Positions 1 to 11,056 of a DNA stretch of 20,000 nucleotides are shown here, piece by piece. The stretch lies in the NCBI GenBank assembly GCA_026025795.1, contig JAPEUG010000033.1, forward strand, positions 57,540-77,539, written 5' to 3'. Origin of the DNA: Thelocarpon superellum (lineage: Eukaryota). Both the position numbers and the translations under genes were made by a program. The notes beneath the pieces are model-generated. The model ran no database searches. It saw only the letters and a list, made by a program, of their open reading frames with translations, and was not told the origin of the DNA. Every line of letters starts with the position of its first letter. Positions within the stretch are counted from its first letter, which is position 1.

Positions 1-33
1 CTATAGCTACGGTCGCTAACGGACGAGGTGCAG

Positions 34-421
34 CTAGTGCAGGAGATTGAGTCCCGGGCGGCTCAGGCCCAGCAGCAGATTAACATCGTCAAGACGCAAA
101 TCGCGGCGAAGCAACGAGATGCGCGTTTGTTGCAGCTCACGTCGAGCGAAGTGCGTGGTCTGCCCGCATCAACCAATGTCTACGAAGGGGTAGGCAAGAT
201 GTAAGTCCCACGCTGCCATGATCTGGGCGGATTCTCATCGTTTTGGCATCAGGTTTGTGCTCCGGCCGACGGGCGAGGTGGAGAAGAGGCTGGTCGGCGA
301 AACGAGCGAGCTCACGTCCGACGTCTCGAGTCTGGAGAAGAAGCTGCACTATCTGGAGACGACGCATAAGAACAGTCGGGAACACATCGACCAGATCTTT
401 CGGTCAGGGGCGAGAGGATAA
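34..421 (+). CDS. PFD1: Prefoldin subunit 1 (5'-truncated by the window); exons 34-200 and 253-421
   Basis: Branch GCTAAC (15-20) and acceptor CAG (31-33). Intron 201-252 (GTAAGT..CAG). Spliced product LVQEIESRAAQAQQQINIVKTQIAAKQRDARLLQLT..TNVYEGVGKM|FVLRP..LEKKLHYLETTHKNSREHIDQIF has the beta-prefoldin YEGVGKMF hairpin between two coiled-coil helices. Confidence 0.92.
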
Positions 422-863
422 AGGGGAGATGATGGTGGGAAGCGGCAGACATTACCCCAGCCTTGATCTTGAAGCACACATGTATCGCTCGCCTGCGTGG
501 CTGGACACGCGGTCACGCGACGGGGCACGCTGGAAGTGCACACCCCCAGAGACCAGGCCCGCTGATAGCTACCACCGAGCGCCATCTGGTCACGATTCTC
601 GTAGCCGCGGTCGGATGTCATCTACTTGGAGACGCCGTAGCCACAACCGGGCGTCAGGCGGACCAATCATGCCCTGTCATCCGACGTCCGTTGTCATGCG
701 AGCCGCCATAGAGTGGGGAATACCCGTGGCTGGATCGATCGAGACATGCACCGTTGGGTGACACGAGGAGAAGCGTGGATGGTGTATGTATGAACGACTG
801 CGCCTGATCATCGAAGCTTCATCGAACGGTCGCACATTGACTGCCTCTCAAGCGCGGACGTTG

Positions 864-872
864 ATGAGTCAT
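864..872. promoter_or_regulatory. Optimal Gcn4/CPC-1 (AP-1-like) site ATGAGTCAT
   Basis: Exact 9-bp consensus ATGA(C/G)TCAT in the ~1.7 kb intergenic region upstream of the 2116 gene; function is inferred only. Confidence 0.35.
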
Positions 873-921
873 TTTGCACGTCCACGATCCTGTCAGGCTG
901 AGAGCCCGGGCCAAGGACATA

Positions 922-960
922 AGTAGTAGCAGCAGCAGCATAAGCAGCAGTAGCAGCAGC
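922..960. repeat. Imperfect (AGC/AGT)n trinucleotide microsatellite
   Basis: agt agt agc agc agc agc ata agc agc agt agc agc agc, read directly. Confidence 0.85.
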
Positions 961-1844
961 CTGGCGAATGCCCATTGGCACGTGGGCATGTCCGCGGGCG
1001 AGCATGACAATGCCTGGCGCCACGGCCGAGCGGGTGGATACACCGCTCAGCCCTGGGAGAATGCCACGGGCGCGCTCCAGCTGACCGAGAGATTTCCTCG
1101 GCTCAGAGTGGGGGAGGGGCTGGGTCGGAGTCGAGCTTTACGGGGCGCCTGATGGCTTGGACCACTACCAGCGCACCGCCGCCACAAGCACCTCTGATCC
1201 GACGCTGCCTGGCTCATGCTGGATGTAAGCTGCAGGCAGTCTCGGCCCCAATGGGCGCTCCTCTGGTCGATGCCAGGTGTGCTGTCGCTGCGTCGTGGAC
1301 CCCAACGACCGCTCCCATGCCATCTCGCACTTACCCCACCCCGCCGTGCCTCAGCTGCGGTGATGGTGGAAGGGCGGCGCAGGCGCAGTCACACATTGCG
1401 TATATGCCGTAATCCCTACGGGAGCAAAGGGGCTTGCCCCGGTCGGCCATGGATGACTTACGTCGCCCCGTCGCTACTGGGAGTGATCTCGGGGGAAAGT
1501 TAGCGTCGACTGGCCATGAAGCGTGGCCATTATCGTCACGGTACAGTGCAAAGCCCGACGCAGACCACCGGACCGACTAGGCGGACGACGCATGTTGCGT
1601 GCAGCAGCGTTGGACACCGCTCATGATTCCTCGGGTCGTGATCGTCTGCACAACTAGCAACGACCGACCAGGGTTGGGCGGAGTTATGTTATGGTGCCGC
1701 TGCCGGTAAGAATCGATTTCCCACGCGCGCTGCCAACCATACCGGAGGGACCTTGAAGAGGGATGGGGACCCCACACCTACGTCTTACTCGTTCTCGCTC
1801 TCGTGTTCTGCTCGCCCGCCGCCAGCCAGCCCAGTCACACCTTG

Positions 1845-1874
1845 ACCACCACCACCACCACTACCACCACCACC
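1845..1874. repeat. (ACC)n microsatellite in the probable 5' leader of the 2116 gene
   Basis: About 10 ACC units with one ACT interruption. Confidence 0.85.
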
Positions 1875-2115
1875 TCATTTCCCACACCAGTCTCCCCCCA
1901 GGATCTCGCCAACCACCCCATCCTCGTCTCGTATGACTCTCGATGCACTAGCACAGTCACCACTGCGGATCCTGTCCATCTCGTGGATTTCCTAGGATTA
2001 CGTCGTCCCGATCGTACGGACTTCTTCTGGCATCTCTGTCGGATCGTCGAATCGTCCGACCCCACCGCACGCGTCGTGCCATTAGCGGGCCCGGGTCCGC
2101 TCATCTTCCTCCACG

Positions 2116-3219
2116 ATGGGCACGCCATGGGATTACATGGAGCATCCGCAGTTTCTCCGTCCTGACGAACCCGTCGTCCTCCCTGGCGCCCGTCCGCCTC
2201 GCTTCCGTCACCGCATGTTCAGCGATGACTACGCACGTCCTCCAGCCTTCTACCCCGGCGAACACGGGGGGATGTTTGTGCCAGAGCACGGGGCGGGGAT
2301 GCACCGGACACGGTCGACAGGTCCTCGCCACGGGATGCCGGCCGCACCGCCGGTGGTCTTCAACAACTTCATCCACGAGGACGACTTGCGCGGCCGGCCA
2401 TTGAGCGTCGGCGACGAGTGGGCCATGCGCGAGCACAGCCCCTTCCGCGAACACTCGCGACATGGCGCGCGCTTCTCACCACGCGCGCCATCGCCCTTCT
2501 ACAAGTGGCAGTCGGAGGCGGAGAACGAGCATTTGCGCAAGCAGCTTGACGAGCTCAAGCGCGAGAAGGACAAGGCGGCCGAGGAGGAGCGGCTCAAGCA
2601 AGAGATGATACTGAAGCTGGCGCTCAAGGAGAAGAAGGAACGCGAGGACGCGGAGAAGCGCAAGGAGATTGAGAAACAAGCCATCATCGACTTCAAGCGC
2701 AAGGAGGTGGAGGAGAAGGAGAAGAAGAAGAAGGAGGAGGCGAAGCGGGAGGAGGAATATCGAGCGCGACTACAGAAGGACCTGGGTCTAACGGAGACCC
2801 AGGTGGCACGCATCGTCAAGAGCGAGGGCCAGAACGCTGTGGACCTGCGACGCACCACCTACACCAAGATCGCGCGACGGCACGTGTCGATCGAGACGCT
2901 GCGCGAATACAATCTCCCCTTTAAGTTCGATGACGTGAGTCTTGCTATCCCCACTGTGCCCGCCCAACGCCGTTGTGTCCGCGCTGACGGATCGGCCTAG
3001 CATGACCCCGATCACTATGTGCTGATCAAACGCTGGGTGCCGGAATACGAGCAAGAACTCTTGTGGGACCACACCAAACGGATTCGCGAAGAGCGTACCG
3101 TGCGGGTTCGCCGTCTCGAGCTGACACGGGTGGCGGACGAGCGCAGGGCCAAGTTGCTGGTGGCCAAGAAACGGCCCAAATCGCCGGGCATGTTCGATTT
3201 CATCGCTGGGCGGAGATAG
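2116..3219 (+). CDS. Fungal hypothetical protein (~345 aa): Pro/Arg-rich N-terminus, E/K-rich coiled coil, small globular C-terminal domain; exons 2116-2934 and 3001-3219
   Basis: Intron 2935-3000 (GTGAGT..GCTGAC..TAG) joins the two ORFs in frame: ..TYTKIARRHVSIETLREYNLPFKFDD|HDPDHYVLIKRWVPEYEQELLWDHTKRIRE. I recall this motif from uncharacterised filamentous-fungal proteins. Strong GC3 codon bias. Confidence 0.85.
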
Positions 3220-3507
3220 ACCGGGCGATGAGCCCTGAGACCACGAAGAAACGCCCCGACCACGTCTGCACGTCTGCACGCTTTACGATGACACGCACGG
3301 CACGCTTGTCGAAGCACGTCGACGCACGTCGCTGCCGACCGCTCCATACCACTTTACGCCTTTGTCGATGTCGCAAGTGATCTTCTGATCGTCGACAACA
3401 CTGTCTTCTGTCGATTTGTTCGTTGTGCGTGTCCTCTACCTTTCTGATCTACTCTTCTCCTGTCCTGTGGGTCTTTTCGCCCTTATCACCTCGTCTGGTC
3501 TTTGATA

Positions 3508-3543
<36 letters not shown>
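3508..3543. repeat. (CAA)n microsatellite between convergent 3' ends
   Basis: CAA x7 followed by CAT CAA CAT CAA CAA. Confidence 0.9.
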
Positions 3544-3666
3544 TGTCCAAAACACCTCGCATGCTACCGGAACCTTGACCCTCGCGCCGTCGAGATTGTG
3601 CAGTGCCAAACAGGACATGTAAGAGATGAGCAGGGTATCTACGCCAGACTCGACGAGGTCACGAAC

Positions 3667-4691
3667 TCATGGCATCACTTCCGTCGCTGGGTCCTTCCAC
3701 CGTCCTTCTGCTCGGCGAATCAGCTCTTCGTAGAGCGTCCAGGCCAGCGCCGAACTCAGCGCTTTACGTGCCATGCGGAGGCCCAGCCCGTCAAACAGCG
3801 AGCGGACGCCGTCTTCCTGGACCATGATCCGTGCCGCCTTGGCCATGTTCTGGTAGCGTTGGGGCATTAGCTGCAGGCGGGTCTTGATGGCGTCAAACGG
3901 GTTGGTCATGGCCGTTGCAATGCCCGCGGCAACGGCGCCGGAAAGAAAATTGATGCCGGCCGAGGTCATTCCACTCATGTTGGACTCGATGGCCGCGGAC
4001 ACGGGTGTCGTCTGTGACAAAATGCTCAATCGCTTCTTGCTCTCTTCGTAACACAGCACGTATAGCCCAGCATATGGCGCGTCTCGGGCCGCCGTGGCCC
4101 CAAAGCCAGAGAAGAAGCCTCGCAGGCCTTCGTGCCGCAGGATGTCGGATCCAGCCCCCCAAAGGGAGCGATAGGCGTAATAGCTAGACTCATAGCGGAC
4201 CTTGATGACAGTGATGGGCATCATCATGAATCCCACCAACGCTCTCGCCATCGCTCCCGTCGTCAGGTTTGCCAACTTGGACAACTTTGGCAGCGATGAC
4301 GAGCTATGTGGGGTGCCCAGGTCCATACCATCGGCCGCGACGAGGCCGGATCGGGCCACATATTGCCGTAGCGAATTCAAGCCGGAGAAATAGAAGGCGG
4401 AGCCAATCCCCGTGCGCAGAGCCGATGGCAGAGTCCCCCGCCACAGCTGCCGTAGCGGGCTCGGTCCATGGGCAATGACGCGGATCGTCTGGAGCAAGGA
4501 GTCGGAGCGCGATTGCTGGACCCGCGTCTTGAGGAGATCCGCGGGCTGGAGCAGGACGGCGGACAAGACGCCCGAGCTCAGCCCTGCGGCAAAATGGAAG
4601 GCTAGAGGTAGCGTCAGTCAGGTTGTCAATCTTTCATAGCATGGCCTTCCCTACTCGATGGCGCATTTCGACGTGGGGCATCGCTTGGCAT
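3667..4691 (-). CDS. HEM25: Mitochondrial glycine carrier (SLC25A38/Hem25 family), ~323 aa; exons 4691-4655 and 4601-3667
   Basis: Three carrier signatures ([24 protein letters not shown]) plus subfamily motifs [19 protein letters not shown] and [10 protein letters not shown]. Intron 4602-4654 (GTAGGG..CTGAC..TAG) gives the N-terminus [32 protein letters not shown]. Confidence 0.92.
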
Positions 4692-5339
4692 CGCGGCAGT
4701 CCCTACCCAGCTTCCGGCGGTTAGCTTGGCGGTGGGGAATGCATAAGTGAGGAGAGAGGTGGTGTTGTATTCTCAGCCAACTGTGGATCTACCGTCTATC
4801 GACCAGGAATCCTCCATGGCCATCGATGGAGTCATTGGAGGTATCTACTGCCTGGACGGATTCTCTCCGCTCGCCTGGTTGTTCATTGCGATGCATCTTC
4901 ACGTCATGGGATACGGTGAGGTATAAACACCATTTGGATCACACGAGGCGTAGCCAGCGATACTCGTCACGCAGCTCAGCTAACTCGGGTGGTCCGGTGG
5001 CGGAGCGAATGGCACGCGCCGCTCACCGCCATCGAGCGGAACAAGCCGTCAGTCGCTTGAAGGCGGCAGGATACGGTCGACCGCACGGACCAAGGGTGCT
5101 TAGATCCAGGCCTGATTCCAGCCACGACTGAATGACCAGAGCTTCGTCTCTGCGACGTGATCTTTGACTGAATAATGCGCTCGACTGAGCTCGGAGCGGC
5201 AGTCCCGCGAAGAATCTCTGCCCGGAAGCACGGCCCTATCCCCACGTCGCTCGTCCTGCGTCCTACCGGGTCAGTCGCTTAACGCCGTTCCCCTCGTCCC
5301 ACGTTATCACCGACAGGACGCTGGATACCCTCCTCCATC

Positions 5340-7165
5340 ATGACCGCCCAGGCCATCATGATCGGCGAGACCATCGCCAACATGAAGAGAGCCATCTTCC
5401 GCAATGCTGATGGTATGAGATCTGATGTGGGATTCGCGTGTCATGCTGACGACGTCGTGTAGCCTCGGACTCGGAGGATTCAATCCATCAGCCCACGAAT
5501 CGGGGAAACAAGCTCAAACGCAAATCAAAATTCGTACGAGAAGGCCAGCTCGATCTTCCCAATGGGCCCCGCGTCTATCGACGGGTGAGGATCTGCAACT
5601 CTCCATGCCTTGTGAAGGCTGGCACTGACCTCGGTCGCAGAAGATCGAACACGCCGGATACAAACGTTACATCATCAGCCGGAATCCTCGGCGCTTCGAT
5701 CGATACGGCGATGAATTGGAGGATGACGAGATTGATGAGGAGGCCGACTCGATGGCGGCCGAAGAAAATCCGTATGCCGACATACATCTCGAGCGTGAGT
5801 AATACCCATCTACATACTTTGAACGCGGCTGACGGGACTTCTCCAGATATCCTTGCACCGCTCACATCCGCGGCCGAGCTACCGGAGCACCCGACGTTGT
5901 CGATCCCGTACCTGTCAACCGCATTGACGGATATGACGCGACAGGCGGGAGAGCTAGTGCACAAGGAGCGGGCGACGCTGTGGCGGACCAAACAGCTTTT
6001 CACCAGATTTCGGGACGAGACGTGGATTCCTTGCGGCGCACTAGAGACCGAGGACGATCTCGCTCTGTTTGGCAACCCGTATGAGTCTGCTCCGCCAGCT
6101 CAATTTGTGTCAGTGGGTGGGGGAGAGCCGGCCGCATTGAGCAATGGGGCGGCAGCGACTGTCCAGGACGCACCAAATGGTGAGGTCAAGATGACTGACG
6201 CTGTCGAGCCGAGACCGACGACGGAGCTCCCGGTGACGACGGGGGAGATTGGAGACGAGTCAAAAGAGCTTGAGGAGCCCCAAGACGCTCAGATGGATGG
6301 CGTCGAGAGCGAGAAGGAGGATCAGGCGGATGCAGTGGAAAGTCAGACGTCCGACGCAGCGCCTACACGACACGTGCACGATGAGGACGGAGACCGAGCC
6401 GAAAATAATGCCATGGATGCCATGGAGGTCACCCAATCCCGTGAGCAGCCGCCTACGGCAAGCTCCGAAGCAGAGGCCAACGGCGAGGGTCAAGTCGAAG
6501 GCGAAGGCAAAGGTGATAAAAAAGGTGAAGATGAAGGCGGAGGTGAGGGCAGGAACGCCAAGGAGGGGAAAGAAAAAGGCGAGGACGAAGAGGAAGGCGA
6601 AGGAGAAGGAGAAGGCGAAGGAGAAGGAGAAGGAGAAGGAGAAGGCAAAGGTGAAGGCGAAGACGAAGAAGCCGATTCGCAGCCAGCGCCACACCGGATG
6701 ACGACGCGAGCGCAAGCGCAAGCAGCCTCGGACCCAACGCCATCAGCGCGAACGGGGTCGCCCTCCTCCGACCCGTCCATTCCCACCGTGCACCCCTTCT
6801 TCCTCGTGCCCGCGAGCGCCATTCCCGACCGAGACTTTGGGCTGCCAGCCAATGAAGCGGAAGAAACGCGCCGTCTGCTGCTCTCGTACGTGCAAAAGCA
6901 AGAAGAAGTGTGCCGCGGCTCCGAGCGACTCTACACGAGCCTCCTGACGGCCGACCGACTACGCAAGACGGTGCTCCGCTGGGCCAAGGCCGAGGCGCAC
7001 GTGGGCGAGATGAGCGATGGTGAGGACTGGTACGACAAGGACGAGTGGGGTCTAGATGAGGATCTGAAGAAGGGGCACGAGGAAGACGACGACGACGCTG
7101 GTGCTGGTAACGGCACAGGTACCCAGGGTAAGAAAACCCGGGGCCGGCGCGCCGCCAATAACTAG
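5340..7165 (+). CDS. RXT2: Rxt2-like subunit of the Rpd3L histone deacetylase complex, ~555 aa; exons 5340-5412, 5463-5584, 5641-5794, 5847-7165
   Basis: Three canonical introns restore one frame: MTAQAIMIGETIANMKRAI..SDSEDSIHQPTNRGNKLKRK..KIEHAGYKRYII..EENPYADIHLEHILAPLTSAAELPEHP (RXT2_N-type motifs TNRGNKL and ENPY..L.PL), with a C-terminal HVGEMSDGEDWYDKDEWGL block. Confidence 0.88.
6593..6661 (+). repeat. (GAAGGM)n hexamer repeat encoding a (Glu-Gly)n tract in RXT2
   Basis: gaaggc gaagga gaagga gaaggc.. translates as EGEGEGEGEGEGEGEGKGEGE. Confidence 0.85.
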
Positions 7166-7426
7166 ATGCGACGCTTCACGTCGAGACCATGGAAGGCATT
7201 ATCATATCTGGCGATTGGGACGGGGTTGGTCTCGAGAGGAGCAGTATGGAAGAAAGAAATGGAATGAGTTAGGAAGATAGGACTATTACAGGTACCTGCG
7301 ACATCTGACATGACTTGAGTTTCGCCCTTTTCCATCTCCTATCCCGTTTTCTCCCTTGTCCGCTGCCTGAATATCCACCATACAGATTAAAGTGCCATAC
7401 GACACTGTGCCGCTCCTTCTGCCCTA

Positions 7427-7570
7427 CTACTTCTGCTTCTTGCCCTCTCCTTCTTTCTTCTGCTGCCCCTGCCCTTGTCCATGCTGTTGTCGCTCTTGTT
7501 CTCGCTTGGCGTAGATGGAAGCCGTGAATGGACTGTTCAGTTCCTCGTTAGCTTCCCCATCCCATCCCAC

Positions 7571-7611
<41 letters not shown>

Positions 7612-8561
7612 TCACTCCTCAAATCCCAGCGCAATCACGTAAACAGCCAACACCTCTGCGGTGAGCAAGATCCCCGCAGGTTTCGCATATAGCAGTGCCG
7701 TACCCAGGAATGACATGGTCGAACCATAGTACATCGGGGCGTCGGTGAGATTGAACGGGAAAGAGGTGACGCGTGATTCCATCAAGATGCCAAAGTAGTC
7801 GCCGAGATACGTCCCCGTGAGTCCCAGCGCCCACATGCTTGACAGGACTAGTGTGTTTCCTGCCACTAACAGTGTGTAGGCTGTGATCTCGACGGGTATG
7901 CTCTGAAGGAGGGGCAGCGTCGGTTGGTGTCGCAGGGCGCGCTCGAATCTGGACCGTTCAACGGGTCAGTCAGTCAGTCATGACTTGGCCTTGGATTGCA
8001 TTGACGAGAGCGGTGGAGGAGGGCGAATTCGGGGAGGAGAGGGGAGGGGGGTTGGAGAAGTGATTGATGGAGCGGGTGTGGTGGTAAGAGATGAGGGGGG
8101 GGTGACTGACAGTAAGTCCCGAAAGATACCCAGACTAAAGATCGTCGCAGCCAGGATGTAACATCCCATGTACCGATTGCCCCCGCATGCATTCGTGAGG
8201 ATTTTGTGGTGATATTCTGCGTAAGTTGGCATCATTGATGGCATGAATGTAGAGAAGATGCATGGGGCCATCTACCTTGACGCGCTACGGTACTGGTTGA
8301 AGGCTGGTGTGAGAATGGTTGAGCTGTCATCTGCCGTGAGGGGGAGAGACTCACTTCCAGAATATGGGATTGAATGCTATTGCCAGGGCAGCCACTGTAT
8401 TTCACCAGGAATCAGTCAAGTTCTTGGTCATGTGTGGACGCACTCGGTCGATCATCTTGTGCTGGGATGAGGCTCGAACGACAGCTGCGAGAGAACTCAC
8501 GCCGGAGACTCCGTTGACTGAAGTCAATCATGTCCGTGAGGTTCGCTGCTATGTAAGACAT
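7427..8561 (-). CDS. OPI3: Phosphatidyl-N-methylethanolamine N-methyltransferase (PEMT), ~220 aa; exons 8561-8501, 8394-8355, 8292-8276, 8216-8111, 7948-7616, 7532-7427
   Basis: Spliced product contains IAFNPIFWNTVARQEYHHK, SSMWALGLTGTYLGDYFGILM, FPFN..PMYYGSTMSFLG and FEDPFTASIYAKR. All five introns are GT-AG and the exon phases are consistent. Confidence 0.95.
7575..7608. repeat. (AG)17 / (CT)17 dinucleotide microsatellite inside the last OPI3 intron
   Basis: Perfect AG run directly after the GTGAGT donor on the minus strand. Confidence 0.95.
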
Positions 8562-8892
8562 TTTGGCGACGGTACGACCACGCGGGCCAAGTGGAAGTGA
8601 TAGGGATGGGGCAGCAAGCGCATTAAAGGTGGGTGGTGAGTGGCGTAATGCTCGTTTCTGGATCTTGACCTTCACCTTTTGGTGGATCGCTTCGGCGCCT
8701 ATGACGTGCCTTTGCAGGGAGCTTCATTCGACCGTCACTGCGTCGAATACGGGCACTTGCGTATGGAGGCTCATTGAAATGGAGTGCTATGGACGTATGC
8801 CTATATCCAATGCCAACAATACATCATCCATCACACATCACACATCAATCCATTCATCTATCCGCCGATCATCAGGATACACTCGTACTCGA

Positions 8893-9940
8893 TCATATCT
8901 CCGGGTAAAGGTCCCTAACCAACGTTAGCATTGTCCCCGTCGTTTCCCACAACCATTCACTCACGTTCTTCTCAACAATGGCATCTCTCGCCGAACCTTC
9001 TGCGACAAGGACAGATCAATGTCTGCCGTGGCAATCTCCGGCCCATGGTCCTCCCCTCCTAGCTCCGCCAAGATCTCACCCCAAGGATTGACAATCATCG
9101 AATGGCCATAGCTACGTCTCTTCTCATTATGTGCCCCGACCTGCGCCGCCGCAATCACATATGCCTGTGTCTCGATAGCACGCGCTCGTAGGAGTATCTC
9201 CCAGTGAGCTCTGCCCGTCGGTACCGTAAAGGCAGAAGGATATGTGATGATTTGAGCATTCTGCCGTTTCAACGCCAGACCAATCTCAGCAAACCGGAGC
9301 TGCGATCATCAGCGAGCTCACGCCCGACACGCATCTTGATCATACTCACGTCAAAGCAGATGGTCATCCCCACTCGACCCAACGCGGTGTCGAACGGAGG
9401 CAAGATCTGCATCCCCTTCTCCACGCTGTTGCTCTCCTTCAGCACCGGTCCATTGTGGATATCCACGTCGAAGAGATGGATTTTTTGATAGCGCTGCGCA
9501 ATGTGGCCTTGCTCATCGATCCAGATCAAGGTGTTCTTGACCTTGTGGCCCTCCGTCGTAGGCTCATGGATGCCAACATTGATGGCCAATCGTGACTTGC
9601 GGGCTTCGGCTCGAAGACCCCGCACGAACTCGCTGTCATCCACGGACTTGGCCAGCGATACCGTCTCTGCGGCCGATCCCGCGATGTAGTCGCTAGCCTC
9701 GGGGAGAAATAATGCCTAGGGCTTGTTGAGTCAATGGATGCGGCGGACCCCTCGTGGTGGTGGATGCACGCACTTGGACACCGGACACCACGGCTTTCTG
9801 GATCAAGGTCTGGCATTGTTGCAGATTGTGGCTCATGCTTGCCGTCGAGCATAGCTGGCCGACTGCCTGCAGTAGAGACGGTCAGGGTATACAGATTGAA
9901 GAGACGCAGATCAAGATCGACCACGTACTGCCAGAACCAT
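8893..9940 (-). CDS. NIT2: Carbon-nitrogen hydrolase, Nit1-like (probable deaminated-glutathione amidase, yeast NIT2 type), ~275 aa; exons 9940-9929, 9866-9774, 9715-9350, 9299-8965, 8914-8893
   Basis: Catalytic triad motifs LFLPEASDYI (E), YQKIHLFDV (K) and ICFD|LRF (C), plus YPSAFTVPTGRAHWEILLRARAIETQ, SYGHSMIVNPWG and the C-terminus RRTDLYPEI after the last intron (8915-8964). Confidence 0.9.
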
Positions 9941-10187
9941 CTTGAGCTTCGGGTGTGCTTTCAACGACCGCGATGTCTCTGCTCTGATCCTCAGATGTCG
10001 TCCAAGGACACGACGTAGAAGAAGGGAGGGTGGACCATATGTCCACTAGCCGGCCGTCGATGACGAGCTCGGCCATCGCTCCTCTCAAGTATCCATGTCA
10101 CCTACCCCCATAGAGACACCCAAGATGTAACTTCCGTACACACTACATTGCCAGTGATCTCAGGCTCGACGGGACAAAGCATCAAAA

Positions 10188-10895
10188 ATGATGGAATCCC
10201 ACCCCGATATCAATAATAATAACGATCCCGTCCCCTTCCCCTACCCCCAAACCCACTCCTTCCCACCATTCTACACGCTTCAACCCAACACCTCCACGCT
10301 CCACGCGCAACTGACGACCTGGTCCTCGCTGATCCTCTCCTACTGCCGGCACCACCGGCTGTTCAAGCTCTCGCTGTCAGATGCGCTGGAGTGGGATCTC
10401 TTCTGCAACAAGACGATCCAACGACGGCTGAGTCTCAACGACGCCCGCGCCGTCATCGACTTCATGCGAACCAAGGAGGGGAGAGCGGAGTGGGCAGACG
10501 CAGGGAAGGGCGGCAAGGGCGAGGGCAACGTGTGCTGGATCTGGTGGAGGCGGGCGGAGGAGTGGGCCGAGTTACTGGAGCATTGGGTGCGTTTCCTCCG
10601 CATGTGTTTCGTTGGTCACGGGAGCTGAATGGGTGAGGTGCGTGCGTGTAGGTGGATGAGACGGGCCAGAAGAATACCGTGCTTACCTTCTACGAACTCA
10701 CCGACGGGGAGATGAGTCGGGGCACGGGTGGGAGTCACGGCGCACCTCTGGTCCTACGGCTTGCTAGCTAACCTCCGCATAGAATTCCACGGTATGGATC
10801 GGGAAGTCTTGCAGAAGTCACTAAATGTCTTGACGAAACGAGGCAAGGCACAGGTCTTTGGCAATGAAGATCAACCGGGCGTCAAGTTCTTTTAG
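10188..10895 (+). CDS. VPS25: ESCRT-II subunit Vps25, ~195 aa; exons 10188-10586, 10652-10727, 10783-10895
   Basis: FPPFYTLQPN..QLTTWSSLILSYC, LFCNKTIQRRLS, IWWRRAEEWA, NTVLTFYEL, EFHGMD and terminal GVKFF are Vps25 hallmarks. Both introns are GT-AG. Confidence 0.95.
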
Positions 10896-11056
10896 ATGGA
10901 TGGATCCGAGACCTTGATAACTCGTGGTGATCGGGGCGGATGATTGGATCGTCGAGACATAATGTATACGATGATAGCCCCACATATCCTCCGCCGTCAT
11001 AAGGCACCGGGTCCATCTCCAACGGTACGTCCAATTTCCAAGTGACACCAAGGGGC

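Noticed and set aside
422..1800. Assorted 70-170 aa ORFs in the first intergenic region
   Set aside because: Low-complexity or microsatellite-derived, with no coherent splice model or protein motifs.
5585..5846. N-terminal part of the 526-aa ORF (MRICNSP..)
   Set aside because: Starts at an intron donor and reads exon 3 in the wrong frame. The spliced RXT2 model explains the region.
8444..8461. Possible 18-nt cryptic microexon in OPI3 intron 1 (CCCAG|..|GTGCGT)
   Set aside because: Would need a 39-nt upstream intron with a weak branch site, and the protein reads normally without the insertion.
9727..9733. TGAGTCA Gcn4-like site
   Set aside because: Lies in NIT2 intron 2 and coincides with its branch-point sequence (TTGAC), so it is probably incidental.
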